Source: the human T2T-CHM13v2.0 reference genome, Homo sapiens
Reading direction: 5' to 3' (one strand)
Assembly (NCBI RefSeq): GCF_009914755.1
Contig: NC_060947.1
Length of the DNA: 64,000 nt
The notes below the pieces were generated by a model. It saw nothing but the letters and a program-made list of their open reading frames with translations. It was not told where the DNA came from and did not search any database. Every line of letters begins with the position of its first letter. Position 1 is the first letter of the stretch. The translations under genes were made by a program, and so were the position numbers. Positions 1 to 15,804 of the stretch are shown here, in pieces.

Positions 1-91
1 CTGACCTCAACAACAAAACAAAAAAAGAGCATAGAACCGATTCCAATTTGCAATTATGTATGTTATAAATACTTTGTATATTTAAATACTA

Positions 92-118
92 CTATTTTCT
101 GGTAGAGTGTTGCTGTAT
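92..118 (-). CDS. Candidate terminal coding exon of an unidentified host gene (IQQHSTRK*)
   Basis: Minus-strand acceptor ttcttttcatag|ATACAG at 119-120. An 85-nt intron separates it from the 204-229 candidate, it is in phase with that candidate, and it ends in TAG at 94-92. No protein recognised. Confidence 0.3.
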   Translation of the reverse strand: MQQHSTRK

Positions 119-203
119 CTATGAAAAGAATGCAGCAATACATTCTTGGGCATGCCTGAACACTGCACCAGTAATTCACTTGGTCTGGGTGAGGTGTTTT
201 TAC

Positions 204-229
204 CTGCATAGTCTTAACTTCAGTAGTAT
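204..229 (-). CDS. Candidate 26-nt exon ((N)TTEVKTMQ)
   Basis: tcatttcttag|ATACTACTGAAGTTAAGACTATGCAG|gtaaaa. Phase 1 in, phase 0 out, which fits the flanking candidates. Confidence 0.4.
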
Positions 230-647
230 CTAAGAAATGACAAGTGTGATATACCAGGCTTTTTTTCCTAATCAGCGTTAAAATAAGTAACAAATATATT
301 CAAATTGTGTTAGTCTGTCTATTTCTACGGGTACATATACCACCAGTAGCACGCACATAATACTTCAGAAAACACTGATCAAATCATAGCCTATTTAAAA
401 AAAAAAAAAAAGCTACATGTGCTATGCTCACATATTATTTGCCAAAGAAACAGGACATTTCCATCTCATCTGCAAAAAGATAAAGTATGGATTCATCACA
501 AAATATTCAAAACTAAAGAAGGGTTCCTAATAAATCTGAAGACTCATCCATCTTGACTTTCTAAGATAAAAAATTAAGTGTCTTTGGTGGGCATCTCATA
601 GAATCCAAGCTATAAAGACAAATGCTTTCGGGAAGACTCATACTCAC

Positions 648-730
648 TTGCACTTTGCAACATCTTCCACTGGGAGATGCACTCATCCTGTGATTTGACA
701 GGATACTTTGCATTCAAAGCGTAACCACCT
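648..730 (-). CDS. Candidate 83-nt exon (GGYALNAKYPVKSQDECISQWKMLQSA)
   Basis: tttaaattag|AGGTGG...GTGCAA|gtgagt, with a strong donor. Only one of three frames is open (phase 2 in, phase 1 out). Confidence 0.45.
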
Positions 731-1894
731 CTAATTTAAATAGTATGCTACATTTTTTCATAAAGTATGCCATCTCCTAGAAGCCTACTGACACACTCTC
801 TTATGGAAAAAAAAAAAGAGACTGAGTCATCAATTTTTAAACAAAACGTTTCCCTTTTTAAATATAGAGATTATCATATATTTACTCTAGTTCTCAGGTG
901 AAAAGTGTTCAACCATCTTTTAAAATGTAGGTATCCATGAATGAATATGAAAATAGAAAATACCTGAAAAGCAACATAATGTTCTATCTTGTAGATTTTA
1001 CTGCCACTGAGTTTTCACACATAACTGGAGGTAAGTTTCAATTAAAAATAAAACAAATGAACAAAAATCTGTCTTCAAGCAAAATATTTTGAAATCAGTC
1101 TAAGACATAAAATAATTTAAGAATATAAGGATGAATGTAAAGATTCAATATGAGAATATATGTAAAGTACGTATTGCAAGGCTCATTTGTGCCACAAACA
1201 TTTAATAAATTGCAGGTAAGGTCCTTCAAGGTCAGATGATTCTCCTTGGAAATAATCCATGAATCCTCAGACCACAATTAAATTCTAATTTTCAGGGCTC
1301 CTGTTTCCTCATTTGTTCCCCTATTTTAGCACCCAGCACATTCAGTCTTGTCTAATAATTCTATGTATTGATGTATCTATTTTACTAGTTTGTAAGTACC
1401 CCTGAAGGCACCCACAAAGCTCTTAAAATAAAACATAATTGAACATTTGAAAACATAGAAGAGAAAACTATTTAATAAACACAAGTAATATCACCACTTT
1501 GTATGGTACTCTACTAATTACAAAGCACTTTCATGTCCTTGATTTCATTAATTTATGATCTTTTATATCGCTGCCTCACCAAGACAGAAATTGAGACGCA
1601 GGGAAGCCAAAAGCAATGCTGGGGTTGGAAACTAAGTGTATGAAGGCAAATAGATGGAGAAGGAGAGAAGAGTGAGAACTCACAGTTAAGGTGGTGGGAC
1701 ATGAAGATAGAGAAAGAGAGACAAATACATAGGTACACAGAAACCCCATGGGAAGAACAGCTAAACTTCATTGGATTTTGAGACATTTCCCTAAAAGATA
1801 TTTGAATTTTTTCAACTACAGATACAACGATATCATCTCTGAAGAATTGGCTTGCCAGTGATACATGGTGGCTCAGAGAGATCTTTAATTGGTT

Positions 1895-3386
1895 GCAACT
1901 GTCTGGGTCTACTCAGGAGAGAGAAACCGCATAGTAATTTGAACAGGGAGAGTTGTACATAAGAAATTATTAACTATGACAGAGGGTTGGAATAACAGGA
2001 AATTGGAGTAATGAGAAATTGGCTAGTAATAAGTAAAGAGATTCTAAAAAAAAACACAAGAATCAAAGAATCACAGATATCAGGAGCAACTACCCCTAGG
2101 GCTGAGAAAGAGCACCAAAGAAAGTGACTTCTGCTCAAGGCTGAGATCCAGACATTATTGGAGAGGGCACAGCCACAGCACAATGAAGGGTAGAGAAGCT
2201 GCTGTGGTGCTCATTAGCTGGAATCTGTCAGAAACCCACCCTTTGTGACATGCTCAAAATACACCTTCTGGAAAGTGTCCTACCAGAAATACTCTGCTAT
2301 AAAACTGTCTCTGGGGGCACCATGAGAAGCTACTGACCACTGGGTAAAGAAGCTGAGCACTGGTGAAGATGCTCAAAAAACAGCCTGCTGAGCAAGCACA
2401 CAGGGAACCATGAAGCAAAACCATATAAATGCTATGTAAATTATACATATTATATATAACAACTATATAAATATATAAATTTTATATAAACAACTATATG
2501 AACATATAAATACTATACAAGTTTGTACCATATAATTATTCCTCAAAATTATGATTTGATATGTTAAAGTGGTCACCATTGTCAAAGTACTTCCTTCCTG
2601 ATGTGCCTTTCCAGCACCCTCTACTGACAAAACTTCAGTGTCAGGTGGTAATGGAAGCAACCATTCAAAAGGTTCAAAACAAAAAAAAGATAAAAACAAA
2701 AGGTTCCTCAGGGATCTAGAACTAGAAATACCATTTGACCCAGCCATCCCATTATTGGGTATATACCCAAAGGATTATAAATCATGCTGCTATAAAGACG
2801 CATGCACACGTATGCTTATTGCGGCACTACTCACAATAGCAAAGACTTGGAACCAACCCAAATGTCCAACAATGATAGACTGGATTAAGAAAATGTGGCA
2901 CATATACACCATGGAATACTATGCAGCCATAAAAAAGGATGAGTTCATGTCCTTTGTAGGGACATGGATGAAGCTAGAAACCATCATTCTCAGCAAACTA
3001 TCACAAGGACATAAAACCAAATACCGCATGTTCTCACTCATAGGTGGGAATTGAACAATGAGAACACATGGACACAGGAAGGGGAACATCACACACCAGG
3101 GCCTGCTGGGGGGTGGGGAGATGGGGGAGGGATAGCATTAGGATATATACCTAATGTAAATGACGAGTTAATGGGTGCAGCACACCAACATGGCACATGT
3201 ATACATATGCAACAAACCTGCACATTGTGCACATGTACCCTAAAACTTAAAGTATAATTTAAAAAATCTATTAAAAATAAATAAATAAATAAATAAATAG
3301 AAAACAAAAGGTTCAGGTCCATTTTCACAGAGCAGGCAACACATGGTGAATCTGAAGCTGAGGGCCAATAAATAAATAACTGGCAC
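1895..3386. mobile_element. Ancient LTR (LTR78-like), interrupted by an AT-rich insert and an L1
   Basis: Ends resemble the LTR78 family (gggtctactcaggagagagaaacc...; ...cacagagcaggcaa...ctgagggccaataaa...aactggcaca). Recalled consensus, heavily diverged. Confidence 0.45.
2707..3300 (+). mobile_element. 5'-truncated L1PA4/5 (ORF2 C-terminus + 3'UTR + polyA)
   Basis: [22 protein letters not shown]...SLIGGN*, followed by the L1 3'UTR. TSD aaaacaaaaggttc at 2693-2706 and 3301-3314. Confidence 0.95.
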
Positions 3387-4184
3387 ATAGAACGGAGAAA
3401 TACTGTTTTTAAGCAAGAGCCAAATTATAGCCCAGTTAGGTCAAATAATTGTTTTACCAAGTCTACTTTCTAGACAAATTTACTAGGACAAGAATTGTGC
3501 AGCTGTGTTGTTTTGATTCTATTAGTTCATACTACATAACTTCTTCTTTAAGATTATTATTTTATATGCTAATGTGATCTTCATTGTCAAAGTACTTCCA
3601 TAGCTCCTAACTCATTTCATACTTGTGAGATGGGAACTGTTAACCCCATCTGATGGATAGAAACCTAAGCTACAAATGCCAAAGATTAATCAGTTAACCT
3701 AAGTGCACATAGGTATTTACTATTGCCCTTACCCAAAACAGACCAATCTCCTCACTAATCTATTTGGCCAAACAAATGCAGCCGGGAGGACTTGTCAAGC
3801 TAGAACCCATCCCTATCACAGAATCCTAATCCATCACTGGGAATTGTGGATGGATTCAGGCTGCAACCTTCTCTCCTGCCCCAGCGTCCTAAAATTGCTA
3901 CAAGATAAACTTAATTTCAATCTACTTTGATTAAAAGTATATTTGGAGATTTTTACAACATCCAAAGATTATAACCAACAGCAATGTATTTCCTTGCAAA
4001 CAAAATAGAGAGGAAAATTATTATTGGCTAGGGATGAGTGTAACAGTAATGTTATACTCACTTCAATAGCTTTCAAGAGCTGTTTCCCAAGTTTTGGATT
4101 TTGTGGACCAATGAAATTTCAAAAACATTTTGGGGTCCTACATAGGATACTCAACTTTATTTTACAAAGTAAGGACATTTTAAA

Positions 4185-4535
4185 AGGCAACCCCTTATCC
4201 ACAATTTCAAAATTCAAACACTTGGAAATCAATTTTTTCTTGCCTGTAACTCATTTGGCAGCAAAATCTGAACTGATATGAACTCATCTGGCAGTCAAGC
4301 TTGACCTGAACTGACATGAGGCTATTCACAGGCTTTTTCTCTCACTTAGTATAAATATTCTTATATTTCACTGCAGTAACATTACTGTAACTGATTATGG
4401 GGTGTCACCTCAAACCCTGCTGGGGCTGTTATGTAATATAGGATATACAGACTGCTACCTTTCTAAAATCCAAAAAGAATGTAAGTTCTGAAACATATCT
4501 TGTCTCAAGGGTTTCATATAAAGATACAGATACAG
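4185..4535. mobile_element. Ancient non-autonomous DNA transposon relic (MamRep38-like)
   Basis: Degenerate terminal inverted sequence (cccttatccacaattt / aagggtttcatataaag) and resemblance to a recalled consensus. Confidence 0.35.
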
Positions 4536-5147
4536 TCCTTGATTAACATCGTAAATTTAATTTCATTAAATTAAGGACAAAAGAGCATTTGAACAAGCAA
4601 AAAGTGTAAAGAACAATCTCAGAATAAAGGATGGTCCTTTGTAATCAATAAAGTTAGCTTTCTGGTAGATAATCACTACACTGTTGTTTCTCATACATCA
4701 CTGCAGACCTGTGACAATATCCATAACAAACCAGCTTCCATGAACTAACTGGCATCTGGGAACCACTGCCATTAGAAAACTTTCTACTCAGATGGCTTCA
4801 AACTCAAAAGATGACCTTTGGAAACTTTTCGTAGTCTGGGGCAGGACTATCGTAATAGGACCCCAACGAGTTAAGATATTCTATGGCTCCTGCAGGCCAT
4901 GGATAGATGATATTTAAGCAGCAAAAGAGCCAATGTGATATCCATCCAACAACAAAATTTTTCATTGTTTTCTCCTTGAACTGCTTAAAGTGAACAAATC
5001 AGAAAGTACCTACAACTCTAATCCAAATCTAACTGAAAAGATTCTACGATTTTTAAAGAACTAATGCAATTGAATGAACATGAGTATACAAGGCTAAATC
5101 CTGATTGTCAGAACACTGGACAAGATGGAAGAAAAAGCCACCAGTAG

Positions 5148-5453
5148 GGTCAGGTATGGTGGCTCACACCTGTAATCCCAGCATTTTGGGAGGCTGAGGC
5201 AGGTGGATTGCTGGAGCTCTGGAGTTCGAGACCAGCCTCAGCAACATGATGAAACCGTGTCTCTACCAAAAATACGAAAAATTAGCTGGGCATGGTGGCA
5301 CATGCCTGTGGTCTCAGCTACTCAGGAGGCTGAAGTGGGAGGATCACTTGAGCCTGGGAGGCAGAGGTTGCAGTGATTGTGCAAGCCAAGATCGTGCCAC
5401 TGCACTCCAACCTGGGTGAGAGCAAGACCCCGTCAAAAAAAAAAAAAAAAAAA
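5148..5453 (+). mobile_element. Alu (J/old S)
   Basis: Dimeric Alu with polyA. TSD aaaaagcc(a/t)ccagta at 5132-5146 and 5449-5463. Confidence 0.95.
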
Positions 5454-5880
5454 GCCTCCAGTAAATCATCGTGTTGCATATGAATCTTACAGATTTTTCA
5501 GATTTCTTATTTCTGAACACTGCCAATTCTCTGAACAGTTTGTTATATTAACAAACTGGACTGCCTGGACATGTCAAATTCTATCCGAACAGATACTAAT
5601 GAATCAAGTGCGGTAACAGTTAAAGAGACATAATTCAATCTCTGCTATAAAAGCTACCACCTGCATCTATAAACAAGACAATAATTATTCAGTTTAACAA
5701 CACTTAATGAGTCTCTACTTTGCCTAAATCACCGGGTTAGATGCACGAAATAGATGGCTAGATGGGAAGATGTCATTTTCCTCACGGACTTCATGGTTTG
5801 GTCAGGAGAGATGATTTAAAAATTGTTATACAAAGTGCTAAGTGTTATGATAGATGTGCAATAAAATGCTATGGGATGGA

Positions 5881-6256
<376 letters not shown>

Positions 6257-6796
6257 TCACAGTGCTAAGATCCAGCAAAAGCAAAGGCACAGAGAAGGGC
6301 CTAAAATAACGTACAGGGGCCTTAATTACAGAAAAGGCTATGGTGCTCCCTCACATGTATTTCAAAATATAAATAATTCTAAATTATGAATTAAGTGTAA
6401 GGAAGTCCAACAAAGATCTAATTTCCTTGATGATGACATGAAACATCAAATACTCTTTTTCTTCCTCATTGTTTGGTACCTATGTCTGTTTGGTGTTCCA
6501 AGCATGTGCTTGATCTACCTTCTGGGTAATCGCACACTACCACAGAAATACAAAAGAATGTGGCACACTTGGCGAAGGGAAAATAATGTGGTACAGTAAT
6601 AGCACAGAGTACCAAAATGAGAAGCAGCAGAAACTGAGGCTAGAAAGGAAATCTGAGAACCTAATGTGAAGAGCTTTCTATGCCATGCTAAGGAGGTCAG
6701 ACTTTTTGAACTCATGTTCCTAACCCTAAATAACCAGGAATAGGTTACTGTGCAATAGGTTTTTAAAATACCTCTATTCAAAAATGAAAGGCTTCA

Positions 6797-7003
<207 letters not shown>

Positions 7004-7649
7004 TTAAATGAAGAACATAAAAATAACAAAAAGTATTATGAGAAAGCAGTAGTGTTTCTATAAATTATACCATAATTACGTGAAAATCATCTTATTTCCA
7101 GTTGCCTCATTTTTAACACCTTATTAGGCAAAAATCAAACCAGTAATAATAATAAACCAGTAAACAAATTAATATTAATCTGAAGAAAAGGACTCAAATT
7201 GACAAGCAAAAATCTCATAAATTATAATTTTAAAATGTGGATGTTGACTACAGGAAAGCAGAATTTATAGGAACTACAACAATAGAAAGTAAATATCCAG
7301 TACAAGGGTAGTAATCCTTACCATGGTTGTAAGGAAAAAGGTGGCAACAACTCGTCAAAGTACAGAAAATGTTCCTTCCCTTCCCCTTCCTGAACAGTTC
7401 AATCCATTAGTGGGACCAAGCAAAGTAGGCATGCCCTATGAAGAGGGCACCATAGAGACTCTTTGTGGGGCTTGAGAAGATGAGGAAGGTGTCATTGCAG
7501 GAAGACTACATCAATGGTGGACTGATGTGGTACGGTGAAATGCAAACAAAATGAGGGTATTCATGCAGGGAGGTGGCAGCTACAGCCAGGATTTCTGGAA
7601 GTCAGAGTCGGGGAGGCAAGGGTGTGTCAACAGGGCATTGGCTACATGT

Positions 7650-8710
7650 GAAGGAACTGGTCAAATAATAAGAGACATGTTTCTTAATGTTACCAATTGA
7701 GAAGTGAAATCATGAAAAGGGAGAAAACTAGAATGAACTCTATGGTATTGGATTAAAATTGAAGGTATTGGTGAGAACTCATGGTTTCAATGGATAAAGA
7801 TATAAACATATATGTATAAATGTGTATATGTATTTATGTGTGTATATACATGTATACAAATATTTCCTAGCTCTCTCCATCAAAAGGGCCTTGGAACAGC
7901 AATACTGGAATAGCAATGAGCACTCCTAGCAAACAGATTTTGGTTCGAGATATGATTATCCACTAAAAGGAACCATGATGCCTGATTCCAGAGCTAATGC
8001 AGAGAAAGTACAAGATGAACTGGAATGTAATGAAGCACTCAGAAAGTACAAGATAAACTCCAAACATAAGGAAGGATGATTGAGACTTGTGAAAAAGATA
8101 CATAAACCAGCTTGAAGGGGATCATACAAATATGAGACCATTTGGCATCAAAATAAATCAAGGATTATAACAATAAAATAGGAAACTATGATTCCATATT
8201 GATGCAATAAATGAAATATTGAAAGTCTGATAAGGGATAAGATATTTGTATAGTCTCAAAGTATTCTCAACCTCATCAGAAATACTATTAATTAGAAATA
8301 AAAGAAAAAGTAACCTTGCAGTGGAGAGGCCTGACAGATACCACCTTAATCAAGTTATCAAGTTGTATGGGACAAATCAATATCAGGTGCCACCTGATAG
8401 GATGCAATGAGAAGATCATGTCTGTGCAATTCCTGCTGAAGAAGCAAAACCTCAATAATATCATGAGGAACAATTAAGACTAATGAAAACTGAGGGACAT
8501 TCTGCAAATTAACTGGCCTGTAATCTTCAAAAGTGTCAAGGTCATGAAAGTCAAGAGAAGACTGAGAAAGTGTTCCAGATAGAAAAACACTAAAAAGACA
8601 TTACAATTAATTGCAATGCATAATTCTGAAGTTGAGCTTTCTGCTGTCAATAACACTTTTGGGATAACTGGAAAAAATTTGAATGGGCTTTGATTACAAT
8701 GTATTAATGT
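7650..8710 (+). mobile_element. Old L1MC-type 3' region
   Basis: Motifs typical of the L1MC 3' end (actggcctgtaatcttcaaaagtgtcaaggtcatgaaag...gactgagaaagtgttccagat). Boundaries approximate. Confidence 0.6.
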
Positions 8711-8795
8711 TATCAGGGACTTGAGCATCTGTGAATTTTTGCAGTCTCAGGGGGTCCTGGAACCAATGCCCCACAGATAACAACAGATGACTGTA
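8711..8795 (+). mobile_element. MER2/Tigger terminal fragment
   Basis: agggacttgagcatctgtgaattttt...ggggtcctggaaccaatgcccc...gactg followed by TA. Confidence 0.7.
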
Positions 8796-8973
8796 TATAT
8801 AAAATATTAAACAATTATTCATAATGGCTGGAAACTATCTTGCATGGAGGGCACTGGGACAAAGATTTGTGATAAATATTTTTGAAAATAATTTTTTAAC
8901 TTGAAAACAGCCATTATCTTAATACCCTCCAAAAGAAAACTCACAGTATGGTATAGTTGACATAGATATAGGG

Positions 8974-9422
8974 TGTGGTAGGCAGAATAATGGGTCCCCA
9001 AAGATGTCCACATCTTAATTCCTGGGACCTATGCATATGTTGCCTAACATAGCAAGAGATGATGCAGGTGTGATTAAGTTAAAGACTGTGAGATGGGGAG
9101 ATTATCCTGGATTATTCAGTTGTGCTCCTCAACATTGGAAGAGGAAAGCAGCAGAGGTTCAAGTGAGGAGATGTGAGAAAGATTTGACCCAGCACTGCTG
9201 GCTTCGAAGATGGAGGAAGAGAGACACAAGCAAAGGCACATAGGTGGCCTCTGGACGCTGGGAAAGGCAAGGAAACGGATTTTCCCCTACAGCCTCCAGA
9301 AAGGAACACAGTCCTTTAATTTTAGGCCAATGACCGGCAGAACTGTAAGGTAACAAATCAGTGTTCTTTTAAGGCACTGGAGTTATGGTAATTTGTTACA
9401 GCAGCAATAGAAAACTAAGACA
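8974..9422 (+). mobile_element. MLT1D-like MaLR solo LTR
   Basis: tgtggtaggcagaataatgg...tttgttacagcagcaatagaaaactaagaca, with TG..CA ends. Confidence 0.85.
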
Positions 9423-10692
9423 TGGGCCTAAAAATAGCTGGAAAGAAATTGTGTAATGATTTTAGCAGTCTTTTCTAGGGAAAACAACAACTGAGGCAGG
9501 AGAGTGAAGTGTAACTGAATTAACAATGTTGTTAACAGCAAGGGCTGTGCCTGGATGTAGATGTGTCATTAAATATATGTTTAAGGCCATATAATACATC
9601 AGAATTGCACACATAGCAAAGTTTAGAACAGACTGGGTTGAGTTTCCATTCTATTTTTATCCATCTCCCTACCACCCAGTGATTATTAGATCAATACTTA
9701 CTTTCTATCCAACCCACAGAAAAGAAACTACTGGAACTATTTAGATAAGAGGGAAAGTATTTTACATACAAAAATGGTGGTAAAGGCTATACTAATTTAA
9801 CTATAAATACTAAGTTCATCACATGGACTGTACAATAGTGAAAGTCTAACAGAATGTATTTTACCAAAGAAGGGTTTTATTTTGCATTAAATATGTGAAA
9901 TGCAGATTTCTGAGGCAAAAATAACTCTTAATTGTGCCAAAAAAAAAAAGAAAAACCAAACCTCTGGGTACTCATGTCTTGGCCCTTTACCTTGCTACAT
10001 GAACTTGGACAAATGATCTCACCTTTGAATATCAGATTCCCTGTCATTTTACATTTGAGAGGGTTAACACTATCTCTACAATCTTTTCCTCTCTAAAAAA
10101 AGTGTAGTATGTTATTTGTGGAGCCACAGCTATTCTTAGAAAAACAAATAGACTTAACTCTGCCTTCAGCTCCTTTCAAAAAAATCAGCTTGAATTTATT
10201 CAGGGTCCACCTTTCAGGGAGAACACAGTGATTCAAGCATATTATCTCATTAATTTTCAAGACAGGAGAAAGTATTTCTGTTCTAAAAACAAAAAAAAAG
10301 GAAGAAGAAAGAAACTGGTACCACTGTTAAGTTGGCAGAGTCAAGACCAGAAAACAGTGGTTTTCAAACTCCACACTCAGTATCACATTCTGCCTTTACA
10401 ACAGAAAGGTCAATCAGGTAAATAAACTACCCTTAAAGGGAAATGGGAAGGAGTATAGTAGTATACTTGAAAGCTAGTATTAATATACTTTCCCCTTCAT
10501 ATCACATGAGTAAAGGATAAATGTAACATTAAGGGGCAGGCATTGGGGGCCAGAGATCAAATAATTATCGCTCCCTAGAGGCCTTATTAGACTTAGCACT
10601 GCTTCAGGGAATCTAGAGAGAAAAGTGTGTTCTAAGTGACCTCCCACTGATTTGAGTAGCCTCCCAAGTTTGAGAAGTCAAAAGTAGGAGTC

Positions 10693-10940
10693 AGCCAGGT
10701 GAGGTGGCTCATGCCTATAAGCCCAGCACTTTGGGAGGCCCAAGTGGGAGGATCGCTTGTGGGCCAGGAGTTCTAAGCCAGCCTGGTGAACATAGCGAGA
10801 CCCCATCTCTACAAAATAGAAAAAATTAGCCAGGCGTGGTGGTGTGCACCCGTAGTCCCAGCTATTCAGGAGGCTGAGGTGGGAGAATCACTTGAGCCAC
10901 TGCACTCCAGCCTGGGCAACAGAAGGAGACCCTGTCAAAA

Positions 10941-10960
<20 letters not shown>
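10693..10960 (+). mobile_element. AluJ with a right-arm internal deletion
   Basis: Alu arms plus polyA. The right arm jumps from cacttgagcc to actgcactcc. Confidence 0.9.
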
Positions 10961-10971
<11 letters not shown>

Positions 10972-12284
10972 CTGCCAGCCCTGGACAATGGCTGATCTCA
11001 GCCAAATTTGGACAAAGTTATATATTAGTATTTTCAATAATGTGCCAGGGAAAAAGAAATGACACTGTCTACATCCAGGCACAGCTCTTCCTGTCAAAAA
11101 CAACATTAAATTTAATTTGGATTCACTCTGCTGCTTCTGTTGTTTGTTTCCCCTAAAACAGACTGCAAAGGTCACTAGAGGATTTTATTCTAGCTATCTA
11201 TAGCTCATATCTATATCAGCTATGTCGTGCTGTGCTGATATAGGAAAACATCTTTACCTTCAGGATCATGCATTTCATAACACACCATGGATACAGAGGG
11301 CCTCAGGAAGGGAGGAGGACACATTGCCCTTCTCTCAATGGTGGATTAAGGACTCTTAGAAGAGAATCATAGTATGCCTATCTGTGGATCACAAAGCCTT
11401 TAAATTGCCATAGCTATTAATAAGTCCCAAAGACAGGCATGGAAACTATAATCCAATGAAAAGGTAGATCTTCCAGGGAAAAAAGGTATTAATCTTTTTC
11501 TTTTCATTTTAATCTGAAACAAAGCAATGGTACAAAGAAAACCAAGTGTCGAATGGAGGGAAGGGGTCAAAATATCACACAGCACTGATAACCAGAAAGA
11601 CAAAGGAAAACTTTGTCCTTTGGCTATATATTTTTAGAAGCATCCACATTAAGGCTCTGAATTATTTCATGGGTCCATATTCCTGGTCACATGTAACCCA
11701 AAATAGAACATTACACAACTGTTGTTCAGGAGCCTTTGAAAATTTTACATAATCTTTCTAACGCTCACCTTGTAACTGTGTTTGCTGGGAAGATGAAAAG
11801 GGGAAAAAATAAAAGACTGAAAAAGGAGGGAAGTGAACATCTGTTAAAAGAAAAAATTACCTTTATCAACTTCCAGGCTTCCAACTCATTAATAGTACTT
11901 AACCTATCAGCGTAAATGTATGCACACCCAAAATAAGCAGAACTAGCTTGGCCTTAGGGTAAACGCCATAGGTGGCTATTACAATGACTCTTGCCAATAC
12001 AACCAATGTACTACTAGTATTGGAACTTTAATATCTACTACAGACACCACAGAAATAAGATCTAATACTATGGGAGCTGTAAGAAAGGGACACCTAATTC
12101 TGCTAGGAAGAGACAGGAGGACACATTCCTCTACATTCACTTCCTGCACTCTCTAAAAAGATCATCATGAGAAGTATTTATTACTGCCATGAATTAGTTT
12201 TAGGTAATGAGACACAGGAGAGGTGATACAGGACAGGCAAAACCCTTGTCCTCAGGGAGTTTGCATTCCAGGGAAGGAAAAAGA

Positions 12285-12533
12285 CTGGCATATGGCTAAA
12301 TGCAAAGACTCTGGAGCTAGACTTCCTGCATTTGAACCCTGGATCCATGCTTATTTACTGTGTGGCCTTAGACAATTTACTTAATCTCTCTGTGCCTCAA
12401 AGTCCTTGTTTGTAAAATGGGAATAATAATGATGAGTATCTACTTCATAAAGTTATTATGAGAATAACATAAATTAATATGCATAAAGGTTTTGTACCTA
12501 GTACAAAGTAACGCTATTTAAGTGTTAGCTATT
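12285..12533 (+). mobile_element. MIR
   Basis: MIR core ttacttaatctctctgtgcctc...tgtaaaatgggaataataat; end aagtgttagctattat. Confidence 0.8.
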
Positions 12534-12588
12534 ATAATGACTCTTGCCAATACAACTACTATGAGTACTGGGACTTCAATCTCTCCTA

Positions 12589-14318
<1,730 letters not shown>

Positions 14319-14357
14319 AAGAGTCAATGCTAGGGGAGCCATTAGAAAGGGATACTT

Positions 14358-14670
14358 GGCCACATGTGGTGGCTCACGCCTGTAATCCCAGTACTTTGGG
14401 AGGCTGAGGTGGGTGAATCACTTGAGCCCAGGAGTTGAAGACCAGCCTGGGCAACACGGCAAAACCCCATTTCTAAAAAAAATACAAAAATTAGCCAGGC
14501 ATGGTGGCACACGCCTGTCGTCCCAGCTACTCAGGAGGCTGAGGTGGGAGAATCACCTGAGCCTGGGAAGTCAAGGCTGCAGTGAGCCATGATTGCACCA
14601 CTGTACTCCAGCCTGGGTGACAGAGTGAGACACTGTCTCAAAATAAATAAATAAATAAATAAATAAATAA
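14358..14670 (+). mobile_element. AluJb-like
   Basis: Full dimer with (AAAT)n tail. Degenerate TSD agaaagggatact / agaaaaggacacct. Confidence 0.95.
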
Positions 14671-15380
14671 GAAAAGGACACCTAATTCTGCTTGGAAGAG
14701 GCATGGCATATATTTCAGTGAAAGTTTCACAGAGAGGTCCTGAATGATAAACAGGAATGGGTTAGGCCCAACATATGAGAGAAGGCATTCCAGAAAGAAG
14801 GGTGGCAATATGAGGGAACGGGTCATCTTCCAGTGTTGGGGAAGGCTGCAATGCATGCTCTGTGCAGGAGAAAAGCCTGGTGAGGTAGACAGGAGCCATA
14901 TAAGAGACCTTGCCACACTGGCAGCCACTGAAGAAATCTAAACAAGAAAACAATATGACCATATTTACATTTCAGAAAGATCATTATGGCTGCAAAGAGA
15001 GAGAGAAACTGTCAGGGGAGAAGGGGAGGGCTAAGACTAGAAGCAAAAAAAAAAAACAGATTAGAAGGATATTTTAATGATCTAGCTGACAAATTATGTG
15101 GGCCAAATCTAAGGAAGTGATAATAAGGATAAAACAGCAGGGGGAGTGAATTGGAGAAATAATTGGGAAGGAGAAGTGGACTTAGAGACTAACTGAGTGT
15201 GAAGGATGAGAAAGGGTCCAGGATGATGCCCGAGTTTCTGAGTCAGACACCTGAGTGAATGGTGGTGTCATCAAACAATACCAAGAATATAGATGACAAG
15301 GCAGGTACTCAGGGCTAAGATTACATGGGATTGGACATTGGATATGTCATGTTTACAATACTGGGGAATCTTTGTGTTGA
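14671..15380 (-). mobile_element. L2 relic
   Basis: Purine-rich L2 motifs (tttacatttcagaaagatcattatggctgca; ggatgatgcccgagtttctgag). Confidence 0.65.
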
Positions 15381-15804
15381 ATAAACATTTGTATTTATGA
15401 GATCCAAAATATTAACAGCGCTTTCAGTGCAGTGGGATTATACTTTCCTATAATTTTTCCAAATACTTCTCAATGAGCATAAATTATACAATTGGATAAG
15501 AAAAATATAGATAAATATTTGAATATTCAATTTTAAATAACAAATAGCTAGTTACTTCTGATCCTACCTTGCCCAACTTACTGTTAAATATCTTGTAGAC
15601 AGAGTCAGGAAAACCAGTGCCAGCACTGAAACTGAGACCTGGCAATGTTGTTGCTTTTTAAAGCAGCCAGAGTTCTAGTACCTTTTACTGTGTGCCCCTT
15701 TCTGACCACCACTACCATCAATTCCTCTTTGTGCTTATATCAAGTCAGAAATTACAGCTCCTGGTATATATTAGGAAGCCTTTGTGCCAGACTCTGAAAA
15801 TAAG

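Noticed and set aside
964-1099. GT-AG-bounded minus-strand segment
   Set aside because: It has stops in all three frames; at most a non-coding or cryptic exon.
2638-3054. 138-aa ORF with a novel-looking N-terminus
   Set aside because: Chance read-in from a GTG in the flank into the L1 ORF2 C-terminus.
7322-7435. Segment with a strong donor (ATG|gtaagg) and an acceptor
   Set aside because: It has stops in all three frames and is probably repeat-derived.
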